Positions 55,542 through 64,000 of a stretch of 64,000 nt of DNA are shown one piece after another; the stretch's first letter is position 1, and every line of letters begins with the position of its first letter. The stretch comes from Candidatus Obscuribacteraceae bacterium (GTDB lineage: Bacteria > Cyanobacteriota > Vampirovibrionia > Obscuribacterales > Obscuribacteraceae). The notes beneath the pieces were generated by a model. It made no database searches, was not told the DNA's origin, and saw only the letters and a program-made list of their open reading frames with translations. The stretch is taken from the NCBI GenBank assembly GCA_044226015.1, contig JBGAHS010000011.1, forward strand, positions 160,001-224,000, given 5' to 3'. The position numbers were made by a program, and so were the translations under genes.

Positions 55542-55879
55542 GATATTTTCTCCGCGGCTTTCTGCATCCGTCACTTGATGGTTCTATTCAATCGTCTTTC
55601 GCACCGATCTGCCTCAATCAATTGATGGACGAAACAGTGTGATCTTCGGGTCACCCGATCTAACACGTTTGGTTGACACAAGAAATTGAAGGAGGAAACC
55701 TCCGCTACCTCACCCGATTGAGTGATTGACAGGCAAAAGGGGCGTTAACAAGCACCATTAGTTTTTTTAGTACGAAAACTAGAAGCTCAAAAGTGTTAAT
55801 TTGAAGCGGACCAGGATTTTGGACTACTTGTAGTCGATATTCTCGACACAATTATAGCCAAGCAATTTCCTCTCGATAC

Positions 55880-55921
55880 GATTGGCTTTAATTGATTGGC
55901 TCGGATTGATTGGCTCTGATT
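55880..55921. repeat. Three tandem 14-bp direct repeats GATTGGCTnnnATT
   Basis: GATTGGCTTTAATT, GATTGGCTCGGATT and GATTGGCTCTGATT. On -, TATAAT lies at 55856-55851. Confidence 0.8.
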
Positions 55922-55925
55922 GAAA

Positions 55926-56600
55926 CTAAACGAGATCAAGCTTCAGAGCTTTTACAGCAGCCTGAGTTCGATCTGATACTTCCAACTTTTCCATAATATG
56001 ACGCATATGGGTTTTGATAGTCTCTATTCCTACAACAAGACGTTGGGACATTTCTTGATTTGTCATTCCCTCGACCAGCAATCCGAGAACCTCAATCTCT
56101 CGAGCACTCAAATCGAGGCGCGGCTTTCTCAGGTTAATGTGCTTGTTATCATCAGCTTTGCCTGGAGGCACCAAATGCTGCAAGACCACATCTGCAATGC
56201 CAGGATCTAACCAGACAACGCCTTCTGAAACAGCGACAATGGCTCGCTCAAGCTGCTCAACTGAAATCGACTTGAGACAATAGCCCTCAGTGCCCGCAGC
56301 AAGAGCAGCAAAGACGTGCTCAGCGTTATCGTGTGAAGTAAACATGATAATTCGCGTAGAGGGCAGTTCTGCTTTGATGTGCTTAGCGGCATCAACCCCA
56401 TTCATTTGCGGTAGCCCAATATCCATTAGCACAACTTGAGGTCCTAACAATTTCGTCTGTTCGATAGCACTTAATCCATCGGCCGCTTCACCAACAACCT
56501 TGACCAATTTTGATTCTTTGAAGCTAAGCACCAGCCCAAGCCTTGTTATTTCCTGGTCTTCGACTAATAAAACACTGACTGGCTCTGAGATTGAAGGCAT
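55926..56600 (-). CDS. NarL/LuxR-family response regulator
   Basis: LLVED, VLMDIGLP.MNG, FTS, GY.LK and LSARE.EVL...G.TN.E....L....TIKTH. Confidence 0.93.
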   Translation of the reverse strand: MPSISEPVSVLLVEDQEITRLGLVLSFKESKLVKVVGEAADGLSAIEQTKLLGPQVVLMDIGLPQMNGVDAAKHIKAELPSTRIIMFTSHDNAEHVFAALAAGTEGYCLKSISVEQLERAIVAVSEGVVWLDPGIADVVLQHLVPPGKADDNKHINLRKPRLDLSAREIEVLGLLVEGMTNQEMSQRLVVGIETIKTHMRHIMEKLEVSDRTQAAVKALKLDLV

Positions 56601-56696
56601 ATTGTTCACCCGGATAGCGATAAATTCAAAGCCAAATTTCAACTGCATTATTCTATCTTACCGCTTCAACTAAATATGGAATAGCGGCTTTAGCAA

Positions 56697-57788
56697 TTAC
56701 TGTGAAAATGGAATAGAGACCACAAACTTAGTACCAGTTCCTTCAGCACTCAAGCATTCAATTTTGCCGAGGTGTGCCTCTGCAATCTGCCGGCAAAGAT
56801 AGAGCCCTAGACCGGTGCCTGAGTGGTAGCGCCGCCCTGTTCTTCCCTGAGCAAATCTATCAAAAAGAGTTTTTTGTTCTTCAGCTGATATTCCAGGACC
56901 ATTGTCTAAGACACTTAATACCAAAAGTTCCTCTACATGCTCCAGCTTGATGCGAACCTCACCGCCTGCAGCGCTAAACTTAAGGGCATTATCAACGAGA
57001 TTTTGAAGCAACCGAGAGATCGCATTATCATCAATAAAGGCAATGCAAGTATCCTCACATTCCAACCCGATCAAGACTTCGCGTGATTCCGCTAATGGTT
57101 GCATCTCTCTTATTTTCGCCCTTAAGACCCGAGCCACATCCACTTTCTTTCGGTAAATGATTTTTGGGTCGTGTTCAAAGCGATAAATTTCAATCAAGTT
57201 CTGAATCATCTTGAGTAGATTGACATTGGAATCTCTGAGAGTTCTCAGCACATCCTCAGCTTCCTTTGAAATTGAGCCAAGACTTTTATCATTCACCAGC
57301 AGATCCAATATTCGATTTGCTGCAATTAGAGGATTACGGAGATCATGCCCCAGCATAGCCACAAACTCCTCATATTGTTCGTAGAGCGCAAGTTTCTTGC
57401 GCTGTTCTTCGAATCTCTTTCGCTCCTTTGCATACCAAATTATTCGGGGCAGATTATGCTCGTTGATATCCTTCTTAAGAATGTAATCTTGCGCCCCGTT
57501 TTGCACGGCTTGAATCGCTGACTTTCGATGGTCCAAACCGGTCAAGATAACAACAGGCACTTTACTATTCGACCAATCCATTACCTCTTCAAAAGCCTCA
57601 AGTCCATCAGCGTCGGGAAGAGAGAGGTCCAGCAATATCACATCGAATTTATGCCTTAGGTTTCGCATCGACTCAAGGGTGGTTGCATGGGTAACGGAAA
57701 AACTCAGAGGGAGTAACTCCTTTGCAAACGTGGCGTCAGCGTCATTATCCTCAATTAACAGCACTGCTAGCTCATTATCTTCATCCAT
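56697..57788 (-). CDS. Hybrid REC-HisKA-HATPase histidine kinase
   Basis: LLIEDN, LLDLSLPD, GAQDYILK, HDLRNPL, NLVDNALKFS, DNGPGI and GTGLGL. Confidence 0.92.
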   Translation of the reverse strand: MDEDNELAVLLIEDNDADATFAKELLPLSFSVTHATTLESMRNLRHKFDVILLDLSLPDADGLEAFEEVMDWSNSKVPVVILTGLDHRKSAIQAVQNGAQDYILKKDINEHNLPRIIWYAKERKRFEEQRKKLALYEQYEEFVAMLGHDLRNPLIAANRILDLLVNDKSLGSISKEAEDVLRTLRDSNVNLLKMIQNLIEIYRFEHDPKIIYRKKVDVARVLRAKIREMQPLAESREVLIGLECEDTCIAFIDDNAISRLLQNLVDNALKFSAAGGEVRIKLEHVEELLVLSVLDNGPGISAEEQKTLFDRFAQGRTGRRYHSGTGLGLYLCRQIAEAHLGKIECLSAEGTGTKFVVSIPFSQ

Positions 57789-57789
57789 C

Positions 57790-58242
57790 TCACACTTCTC
57801 GCTTTGGCGGATATCTGACAGCAGCAAACCAGAAATTATCAAAAGTACGAATAATCTTACTGAACTGACCTAAATTCAAAGGCTTGGTGACATAGCAAGA
57901 GGCCTGAAGCTCATAGGTCCTCAAAATATCTTCATCAGCTTGTGATGTAGTTAAAATTACAACGGGAATCACTTTCAAATTCAAATCTTGCTTAATTTCA
58001 GCAAGCAATTCTTTGCCGTCCATTCTGGGCAAATTCAGGTCCAAAAGAATTAAGTCTGGACGCTCTTTCGTTGAAGAAGAGTATTCGCCTCTCTTTAGCA
58101 AATAATCTAGAGCTTCCTCTCCGTCGCGCACAACGTCGATATCAACAGCTACCTTCTCATCCATCAATGCTTCCAAGATGAGATCGGAATCCGCAGAATT
58201 GTCTTCCACAAGAAGTACTCTAAGCTTCTCTCCAAGGTTCAT
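57790..58242 (-). CDS. Single-domain response regulator, Rcp1-like
   Basis: LLVEDN, DGEEALDYL, PDLILLDLNLP.MDG.E.L..IK, IPVVILTTS....DI...Y and C-terminal FW. Confidence 0.92.
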   Translation of the reverse strand: MNLGEKLRVLLVEDNSADSDLILEALMDEKVAVDIDVVRDGEEALDYLLKRGEYSSSTKERPDLILLDLNLPRMDGKELLAEIKQDLNLKVIPVVILTTSQADEDILRTYELQASCYVTKPLNLGQFSKIIRTFDNFWFAAVRYPPKREV

Positions 58243-58350
58243 AACGCCTCAATGATGCCTTTACTGAAGAAACAGTTTAAATTGCGATGTTCATATGGTA
58301 CAGGAATAGTATCAATCTTCAATCCCTATTTTCTTTTATCAAATAAGCAA

Positions 58351-59841
58351 ATGACTGAATCAAAACAAAATTTGCAGGTCGACGAGAAAACGATTCTATC
58401 GCTCTTGAACGAAGCAGCGACGGGCATTTTCATGATCGACGAAGTCGGAAAAATAATCTACGCAAATCGACAAGTGGAAGTTTTATTTGGCTATCAGGAA
58501 AATGAAATGCCAGGTAAATCAAGCGAAATACTTGCTATCAAATTACACAAAACGAATACGGAATCACTCAGAGCACAAGTCCTTGAAGAGAATTTCTCAG
58601 GAGTGCTTAGCGGGAAAGCAAAAGATGGCACCACATTGCAATTTGAAGTAAAAGTAAAAGAGTTCGGCTTAAAAGAAAAATCGTTTTTCATTTACTCGAT
58701 CGTCGACAAGCAAGAACGGCAGGAAGACCAAAGAGCCAAAGCTCAACTTGCCGCCATCGTCGCTTCGTCTACGGCAGCAATATTGAGCAAAGACCTTAAT
58801 GGAAAAATACTGACATGGAATTATGGTGCCGAAAAGCTTTTAGGCTACTCCGCTAGCGAAATGATTGGTAAGCCAGTAGAGAGAACCATTCCTGCTGACA
58901 AAGTCGATGAAGAAAAGGAAATTAGAATCAGAGTACGCAGTGGAGAGATTATTCCATCGCTAGAGACAGTCAGAGTTCATAAGAATGGAAGCCTGATTCA
59001 AGTAGCGATATCCGCCTCACCCATAAAAGATGAAGGAAACCAGATCGTCGCTACATCTACCATCATTTTGGACCTTTCAGCCATCAGGACTGTTGAAAAG
59101 CAACTTGCAGAAAAAATTGCAGAACTGCAAAGGTCAAATGAAGACCTCCAACAATTTGCCTATGTTTGCTCACATGATTTACAGGAACCCCTGCGAGTAA
59201 TCTCTAACTATGTGCAACTCATATCTAGACGCTATGAAGGACAGCTAGACGAGAAAGGGCAGCATTTTCTTCAGTACATTGTTGATGGCGCAGTCAGAAT
59301 GCAGCAGATGGTTGAAGACCTTCTAGTTTATAGTCGCGCAGGAAATCAGCGCTCAGAATCTTTGATCAATCTGAACAAAGTGATAAAGAGAGTCCAAGCC
59401 AACCTCAAATTAGTAATCGAAGAAAACAATGTAGACTTTGAAATCGATGGGGAACTCCCTTCCATTGTAGGTAACGAAACCGAATTGATTCAGGTTTTCC
59501 AGAATCTATTTTCGAATGCAATAAAATTTCGCCACAAAGAGAGACCGCGAATCACAGTTCTTAGCAGGGACGACAAGGACCACTGGATTATCACAGTAAA
59601 AGATAATGGAATTGGATTCGATATAAAGTACGCCCAGAAAATATTCGTGATTTTCCAGAGACTGCATACTCGACAGGAATTTCCTGGTAGCGGAATAGGA
59701 CTTGCGATCTGCAAGAAGATAGTGGAACGGCAGGGAGGCACTATCTTCACAGAATCAAAAAAGGGTGAAGGGAGCAGTTTTCACATGAGTTTTCCGAAAG
59801 TAAAACAGCAAACAAACAATACTGCCTCAAATACCCAATAG
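58351..59841 (+). CDS. PAS-PAS histidine kinase with Cph1/bacteriophytochrome-type transmitter
   Basis: Two PAS domains, ELQRSN.DLQQFAY..SHDLQEPLR, NAIKF, DNGIG, IFQRLH and GSGIGLAICKKIV. No GAF/PHY domain. Confidence 0.92.
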   Translation: MTESKQNLQVDEKTILSLLNEAATGIFMIDEVGKIIYANRQVEVLFGYQENEMPGKSSEILAIKLHKTNTESLRAQVLEENFSGVLSGKAKDGTTLQFEVKVKEFGLKEKSFFIYSIVDKQERQEDQRAKAQLAAIVASSTAAILSKDLNGKILTWNYGAEKLLGYSASEMIGKPVERTIPADKVDEEKEIRIRVRSGEIIPSLETVRVHKNGSLIQVAISASPIKDEGNQIVATSTIILDLSAIRTVEKQLAEKIAELQRSNEDLQQFAYVCSHDLQEPLRVISNYVQLISRRYEGQLDEKGQHFLQYIVDGAVRMQQMVEDLLVYSRAGNQRSESLINLNKVIKRVQANLKLVIEENNVDFEIDGELPSIVGNETELIQVFQNLFSNAIKFRHKERPRITVLSRDDKDHWIITVKDNGIGFDIKYAQKIFVIFQRLHTRQEFPGSGIGLAICKKIVERQGGTIFTESKKGEGSSFHMSFPKVKQQTNNTASNTQ

Positions 59842-59891
59842 TATCCTTGCTTACGCTCTCGCTGAAGCCAGAAGCATAGCGCAGCAAGCTG

Positions 59892-60464
59892 CTATTTGGC
59901 TCTGGAAAAATACCATTTCGCATAGAGTAAGCTGAAGAGATTGTGCATAGCATGGGCAGTTACAGGTGCCCATAGATTACCAGTCACCTTGTACAAAGCC
60001 GCAAAAATAAACCCGGCACAACAAACAATGAGGACATACGTTTTCTTCTTCAACGCAGGGTCGTGAAGAAGACCAAACATCATGCTAGCAGCATAAGGTC
60101 CCCATTGAGACTGCATAGCACCACGAAAGAATACTTCCTCGGAGAAACCAGACAACAAAGCAAGCAAGAATATATCAGCAATATTTAGAAGCTTCACCAT
60201 TGGAGCAACAAATTCATCATTCATGTTTTTGAGTTCGCTAAAAACAGCAGGATAGCGCTGCGTGCAAACTCCAATAGCGATGGAGAAAGCCCCGGTGAAA
60301 AACGATACGACTATTCCTACGACAATGGCTGGAAGAGAGAATTGCATGCTTGACGCAAGCGGAATATGACTGAAATAAATCCACGAAGCTGCACCTAAAA
60401 TTAAAGCGCCTTCGATGTATATGAAAATTTTGAGAAGCGAATCTCTAGTCAGCCCTTCCATCAT
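59892..60464 (-). CDS. CPBP (CAAX/Abi) intramembrane metalloprotease
   Basis: EEVFFRG, FGLLH and HAMHN motifs. Confidence 0.9.
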   Translation of the reverse strand: MMEGLTRDSLLKIFIYIEGALILGAASWIYFSHIPLASSMQFSLPAIVVGIVVSFFTGAFSIAIGVCTQRYPAVFSELKNMNDEFVAPMVKLLNIADIFLLALLSGFSEEVFFRGAMQSQWGPYAASMMFGLLHDPALKKKTYVLIVCCAGFIFAALYKVTGNLWAPVTAHAMHNLFSLLYAKWYFSRAK

Positions 60465-61389
60465 CTAGCACCACATCTGGTTTCAGCACATATTCATTTG
60501 CAGTTTGCACGAATACTTTGCAAATAGCAACTAGCTTTTGCGAAAACATGACCATGCAATGGAATTCGCCTGATTCGGGGACATTCTTATGGTTTTGAAA
60601 TCTTGATGTATCAACAGTCAACGTCTGACCAAATCCAAGCCTCCTGAACTCATCCTCTTCCAACTCAATCGATGGCAAATCAATCTTGCTCTGCGGAGCA
60701 ATGAGCTTTTCTAAGTACACATCAGCCACAGCCAGAGCTTCAAGCTCAGTGCTTGAGTCCAACGCAAAGGCACCAGCTCGTTCGCGCTCAAGAGCTGACA
60801 AGCAAGCAAGAGATCCAAGCTGCTCACCCAGGTCACGCGCAATTGATCTTATGTACGTTCCACTTGAGCAATGAATGCGTAAATCGAGAACCGAGCCAAC
60901 GAAATCAAGAATTTCAATTGAATAGACTGTGACATGACGCAAAGGAATTTCAAGAGGAAGCTCTCCCTTGCGGGCCAGCTTGTACAGCCGTTCTCCATCA
61001 ACATGTACCGCTGAATACGCTGGAGGACGCTGACTTATATTTCCCTTGAAAGATGGCAACAGCTCTTTAATCTGAGACAGCGTCGGAACAAGTTCACTAG
61101 TTGCAACTACTTTCCCTTCAATATCGTCGGTGTCTGTTTGCTGCCCAAAGAGAATTGATGCCCGATAGACCTTATCGTCAGGAAGGAAGCGCAAGAGACG
61201 ACAGGACTTACCTATTGCTATAGGCAATACACCGCGTGCCATCGGGTCCAAAGTACCTGCGTGACCGACCTGTCTAATTCCTGTAATTCGACGCACTCGT
61301 CCTACAACGTCGTGAGCCGTCATACCTGAAGGCTTGTATACGTTCAAAAAACCGCTGTGGTTGGATGGATTCTTCTTAGATTTCGCCAC
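60445..61389 (-). CDS. truB: tRNA pseudouridine(55) synthase
   Basis: KP.GMT.HD, GHAGTLDP, PPAYSA, G.RLY.LAR and CSSGTYIRS. Confidence 0.95.
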   Translation of the reverse strand: MAKSKKNPSNHSGFLNVYKPSGMTAHDVVGRVRRITGIRQVGHAGTLDPMARGVLPIAIGKSCRLLRFLPDDKVYRASILFGQQTDTDDIEGKVVATSELVPTLSQIKELLPSFKGNISQRPPAYSAVHVDGERLYKLARKGELPLEIPLRHVTVYSIEILDFVGSVLDLRIHCSSGTYIRSIARDLGEQLGSLACLSALERERAGAFALDSSTELEALAVADVYLEKLIAPQSKIDLPSIELEEDEFRRLGFGQTLTVDTSRFQNHKNVPESGEFHCMVMFSQKLVAICKVFVQTANEYVLKPDVVLDDGRAD

Positions 61390-61729
61390 GAGAGATCTTG
61401 TTCAACAAAGCTGAAACTTGCGCGCCCCGTTCCAGCGAATTGTCGAGTTTGAAGGTAACATCTGGAGCGAATCTGAGCTGTAGTCTGCGGCAAATTTCAC
61501 CACGCATCTGTCCGGCATGATCATTCAACGCTTCAATAGTGCTCTTTTGTTGCTCTTCAGCACCATAAACAGAAATGAAGATTTTAGCCCTGCGACAATC
61601 GTTAGAGCATTCTACATCTGTAACTGATACCAAACCACCAATGCGTTCATCCTTAAGATCACGCATGATCATTTCGGAAACTTCTCTCTTGATTGATTGA
61701 GCAACTCTCAAATGACGGGGAGTAGACAT
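61376..61729 (-). CDS. rbfA: 30S ribosome-binding factor A
   Basis: RVAQ.IKRE, KDER, VTDV, LR..P...F..D.S.ERG. Located between infB and truB. Confidence 0.94.
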   Translation of the reverse strand: MSTPRHLRVAQSIKREVSEMIMRDLKDERIGGLVSVTDVECSNDCRRAKIFISVYGAEEQQKSTIEALNDHAGQMRGEICRRLQLRFAPDVTFKLDNSLERGAQVSALLNKISRGEI

Positions 61730-61761
61730 TTTATAGCCCCCTATATTCTATTGGTGTAAAA

Positions 61762-64000
61762 CTATCTTTCGCGCTTCTTTTCTTGAATAACGAAAGCATG
61801 AATCAAATCGCCAATTTGAACATCGGAGAACTTCTCACAGCTAATTCCGCATTCAAATCCTGTCGCGACTTCCTTGACGTCGTCCTTAAATCGCTTGAGC
61901 GTATCGATTTTGCCTTCGTATATTTGCTGTCCAGCGCGCTCGATTCTTGCGATCGAACCACGTTGAACCTTGCCATTGAGAATGTAGCAACCAGCAATCA
62001 TCTGATTCTTTCCAAACTTGAATACCTGACGAACTTCGGCAGTACCAAGTTGAACTTCCTCTCTGATCGGCTGCAAGAGACCTGTGATAGCACGTTCTAA
62101 GTCATCGATGATTTCATAGATGATGTTATAGGTGCGAATATCAACTCCAACATTTTCCGCGGCATTCTTGGCATTATTGTCCGGTTGAACATTGAAGCCA
62201 ATGATAATTGCATTTGAAGAAGTAGCCAGGTTAACGTCGTTTTCAGAAATATCGCCAGTTGCAAATCTGAGAAGACGAACTTGAACTTCTTTAGTGCTCA
62301 GCTTGCGCATCTGATCGCCAATCGCTTCTGCGGTACCCAACACATCGGCTTTAACGATGATGTTGAGGTCTTTGACTTCGCCTTGCTCAACGAGGTCATG
62401 CAGCGATTCGAGTGTAACTCTGTGCGAGCGCTTTTCGACTTCAGCCTGCTTACGTTGCTCAGCCATCTGCTTCGCGAGTTGAAGATCTTCATATACTTCA
62501 AACGAATCACCAGCGCGAGGAACTTCAGGCAAGCCCAAAACCTCTACCGGCATTGACGGTCCGGCAGCACGAACCTGTTGTCCGCGGTCGTCCAACAACG
62601 CTCTTACTCTTCCGAACACGCCACCGGCAACAATAATGTCGCCCATGCGCAGAGTTCCATTTTGAACGAGCGCTGTAGCAACAGCACCTTTACCGCGATG
62701 CAATTCTGCTTCCACGATAACGCCGGTTGCAGTCTTTTCCGGGTTTGCCTTCAAATCTTGCATGTCTGCGACAAGCAAAATCATTTCAAGCAATTCATCA
62801 AGCCCTGTGCGCTTTTTAGCGGAAACATTTACGGTAACGGTTTCTCCACCAAATCTGTCAGGAAGAATTCCGTGTTCCATCAACTGATTCAGAACTCTGT
62901 CGGGGTCTGAGCCAGCTTTATCTACTTTGTTAACAGCAACAATAATAGGAACGCCGGCAGCCTTAGCATGGTCGATTGCTTCGATCGTCTGAGGCATGAC
63001 ACCGTCATCTGCTGCTACTACAAGAATCGCAATATCTGTACAGCGGGCACCTCTGGCTCTCATCGCGGTGAAAGCTTCGTGACCAGGAGTATCAAGGAAG
63101 ACTACCTGTCTTAGTTGACCATCTTCGCCAGTGACTTCGACGTGATAAGCACCAATGTGCTGCGTGATACCACCAGCTTCAGAATCGGTAAGCAAGAACT
63201 TGGTTTGACGAATTGCGTCTAGCAAGCTCGTTTTACCGTGGTCAACGTGACCCATAATGGTGACAACTGGAGGACGTGGAACCAGGGCTGCGCGTTCGTC
63301 ATCGCTGAGATTTTCTTCAGCCTGACGCTTTTCAGCCTTCAGCTCTTCTTCTTTCATCTCTTCTTCGAGTTTGATGTCTTCAACGCTTTGAAGGTCATAA
63401 CCCATTTCGACTGCCAGTTCACGCGCCAGCTCAAGTTCAACAGTCTGGTTGATGGTACGCATAAAGCCCTTCATCATCAGACGCTTGATAATTTCACTTT
63501 CGCCAACCTGCATCTTGTCAGCAAGTTCTTTGACAGTAATTGCGTTTGTAAGCGCAATTTCTTTTGGAATTTCTATAGTTGCAGCCACAGGCTTGCTCTT
63601 CTCTTCTCTCTTTTCAGCATGTCTCTGACCACCAGCAGGTCTGTGCTTCGGTGGTCTTGGTGGAGTAGCTCTCAAAGAAGGAGCCGCGATACGGGATGGT
63701 GTAGGAATCGATGGGCTCATTGGGCGCATAGCCTGCAATTTCTTTGACCCCTTCGTGTCCTTATCTTGTTCATCCTTTTTTGTTTCAACTGATTTTTCCT
63801 CGACGACCGCAGCTGGAGGTGCCGCCGGTGGAACCGGCTCTGGCTCAACTGCTTTAACAGGCTCTGCTTCTGGTTCAGGAGCTTTCTCCTGAACGGGCGG
63901 AGCATCTACTTTTACTTCTACTGGTTCTGGAGCAGGCGCTTCAGGTTCAGCCTGTTTTTCCAGCACTGGTGCAGTGGCTTCTGCTGCTGGTTCTGGTTTA
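61762..64000 (-). CDS. infB: Translation initiation factor IF-2 (5' end outside window)
   Basis: RPPVVTIMGHVDHGKTSLLD, EAGGITQHIGAY, DTPGHEAF and GFECG. The frame stays open to the window edge. Confidence 0.97.
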   Translation of the reverse strand, partial: KPEPAAEATAPVLEKQAEPEAPAPEPVEVKVDAPPVQEKAPEPEAEPVKAVEPEPVPPAAPPAAVVEEKSVETKKDEQDKDTKGSKKLQAMRPMSPSIPTPSRIAAPSLRATPPRPPKHRPAGGQRHAEKREEKSKPVAATIEIPKEIALTNAITVKELADKMQVGESEIIKRLMMKGFMRTINQTVELELARELAVEMGYDLQSVEDIKLEEEMKEEELKAEKRQAEENLSDDERAALVPRPPVVTIMGHVDHGKTSLLDAIRQTKFLLTDSEAGGITQHIGAYHVEVTGEDGQLRQVVFLDTPGHEAFTAMRARGARCTDIAILVVAADDGVMPQTIEAIDHAKAAGVPIIVAVNKVDKAGSDPDRVLNQLMEHGILPDRFGGETVTVNVSAKKRTGLDELLEMILLVADMQDLKANPEKTATGVIVEAELHRGKGAVATALVQNGTLRMGDIIVAGGVFGRVRALLDDRGQQVRAAGPSMPVEVLGLPEVPRAGDSFEVYEDLQLAKQMAEQRKQAEVEKRSHRVTLESLHDLVEQGEVKDLNIIVKADVLGTAEAIGDQMRKLSTKEVQVRLLRFATGDISENDVNLATSSNAIIIGFNVQPDNNAKNAAENVGVDIRTYNIIYEIIDDLERAITGLLQPIREEVQLGTAEVRQVFKFGKNQMIAGCYILNGKVQRGSIARIERAGQQIYEGKIDTLKRFKDDVKEVATGFECGISCEKFSDVQIGDLIHAFVIQEKKRER

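Noticed and set aside
49239..55921. CRISPR array from the short repeats (15, 24 and 14 bp)
   Set aside because: All are tandem with no unique spacers, two are in-frame coding repeats, and there are no cas genes.

Overview
Bacterial chromosomal window with no rRNA, tRNA, CRISPR array or recognisable transposase/integrase. Gene content (many TPR proteins, expanded Ser/Thr kinases, futalosine-pathway mqnA, Cph1/Rcp1-type two-component genes, no photosynthesis genes, a giant beta-helix exoprotein) suggests a non-photosynthetic cyanobacterial relative (Melainabacteria/Vampirovibrionia, Obscuribacterales-like). That placement is inference only. Core genes include pdp, mqnA, iscA-like, moaC-mogA, ileS, suhB, thrS, mnmE, hup, truB, rbfA and a 5'-truncated infB. 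Main signals missed by the ORF track: (1) a complete leader-peptide transcription attenuator upstream of ileS (promoter, 12-aa Ile-rich peptide MRLVVSIAIISN, mutually exclusive antiterminator and terminator); (2) a >2232-aa secreted adhesin-like ORF running off the left edge; (3) a 37-bp near-perfect palindrome covering the RND-pump promoter next to a tandem (two-domain) MarR; (4) an IscA + YgfZ-TPR fusion pair; (5) a convergent kinase paralog pair in which one copy has an in-frame internal deletion but both keep the same upstream motif; (6) a WapI-like gene and an internally duplicated Phd/YefM-like gene coupled to mnmE; (7) a 52-aa small ORF with an ssrA-like C-terminus, and candidate sRNA and activator-site elements. 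All product calls come from motif recognition by eye; no database search was run.
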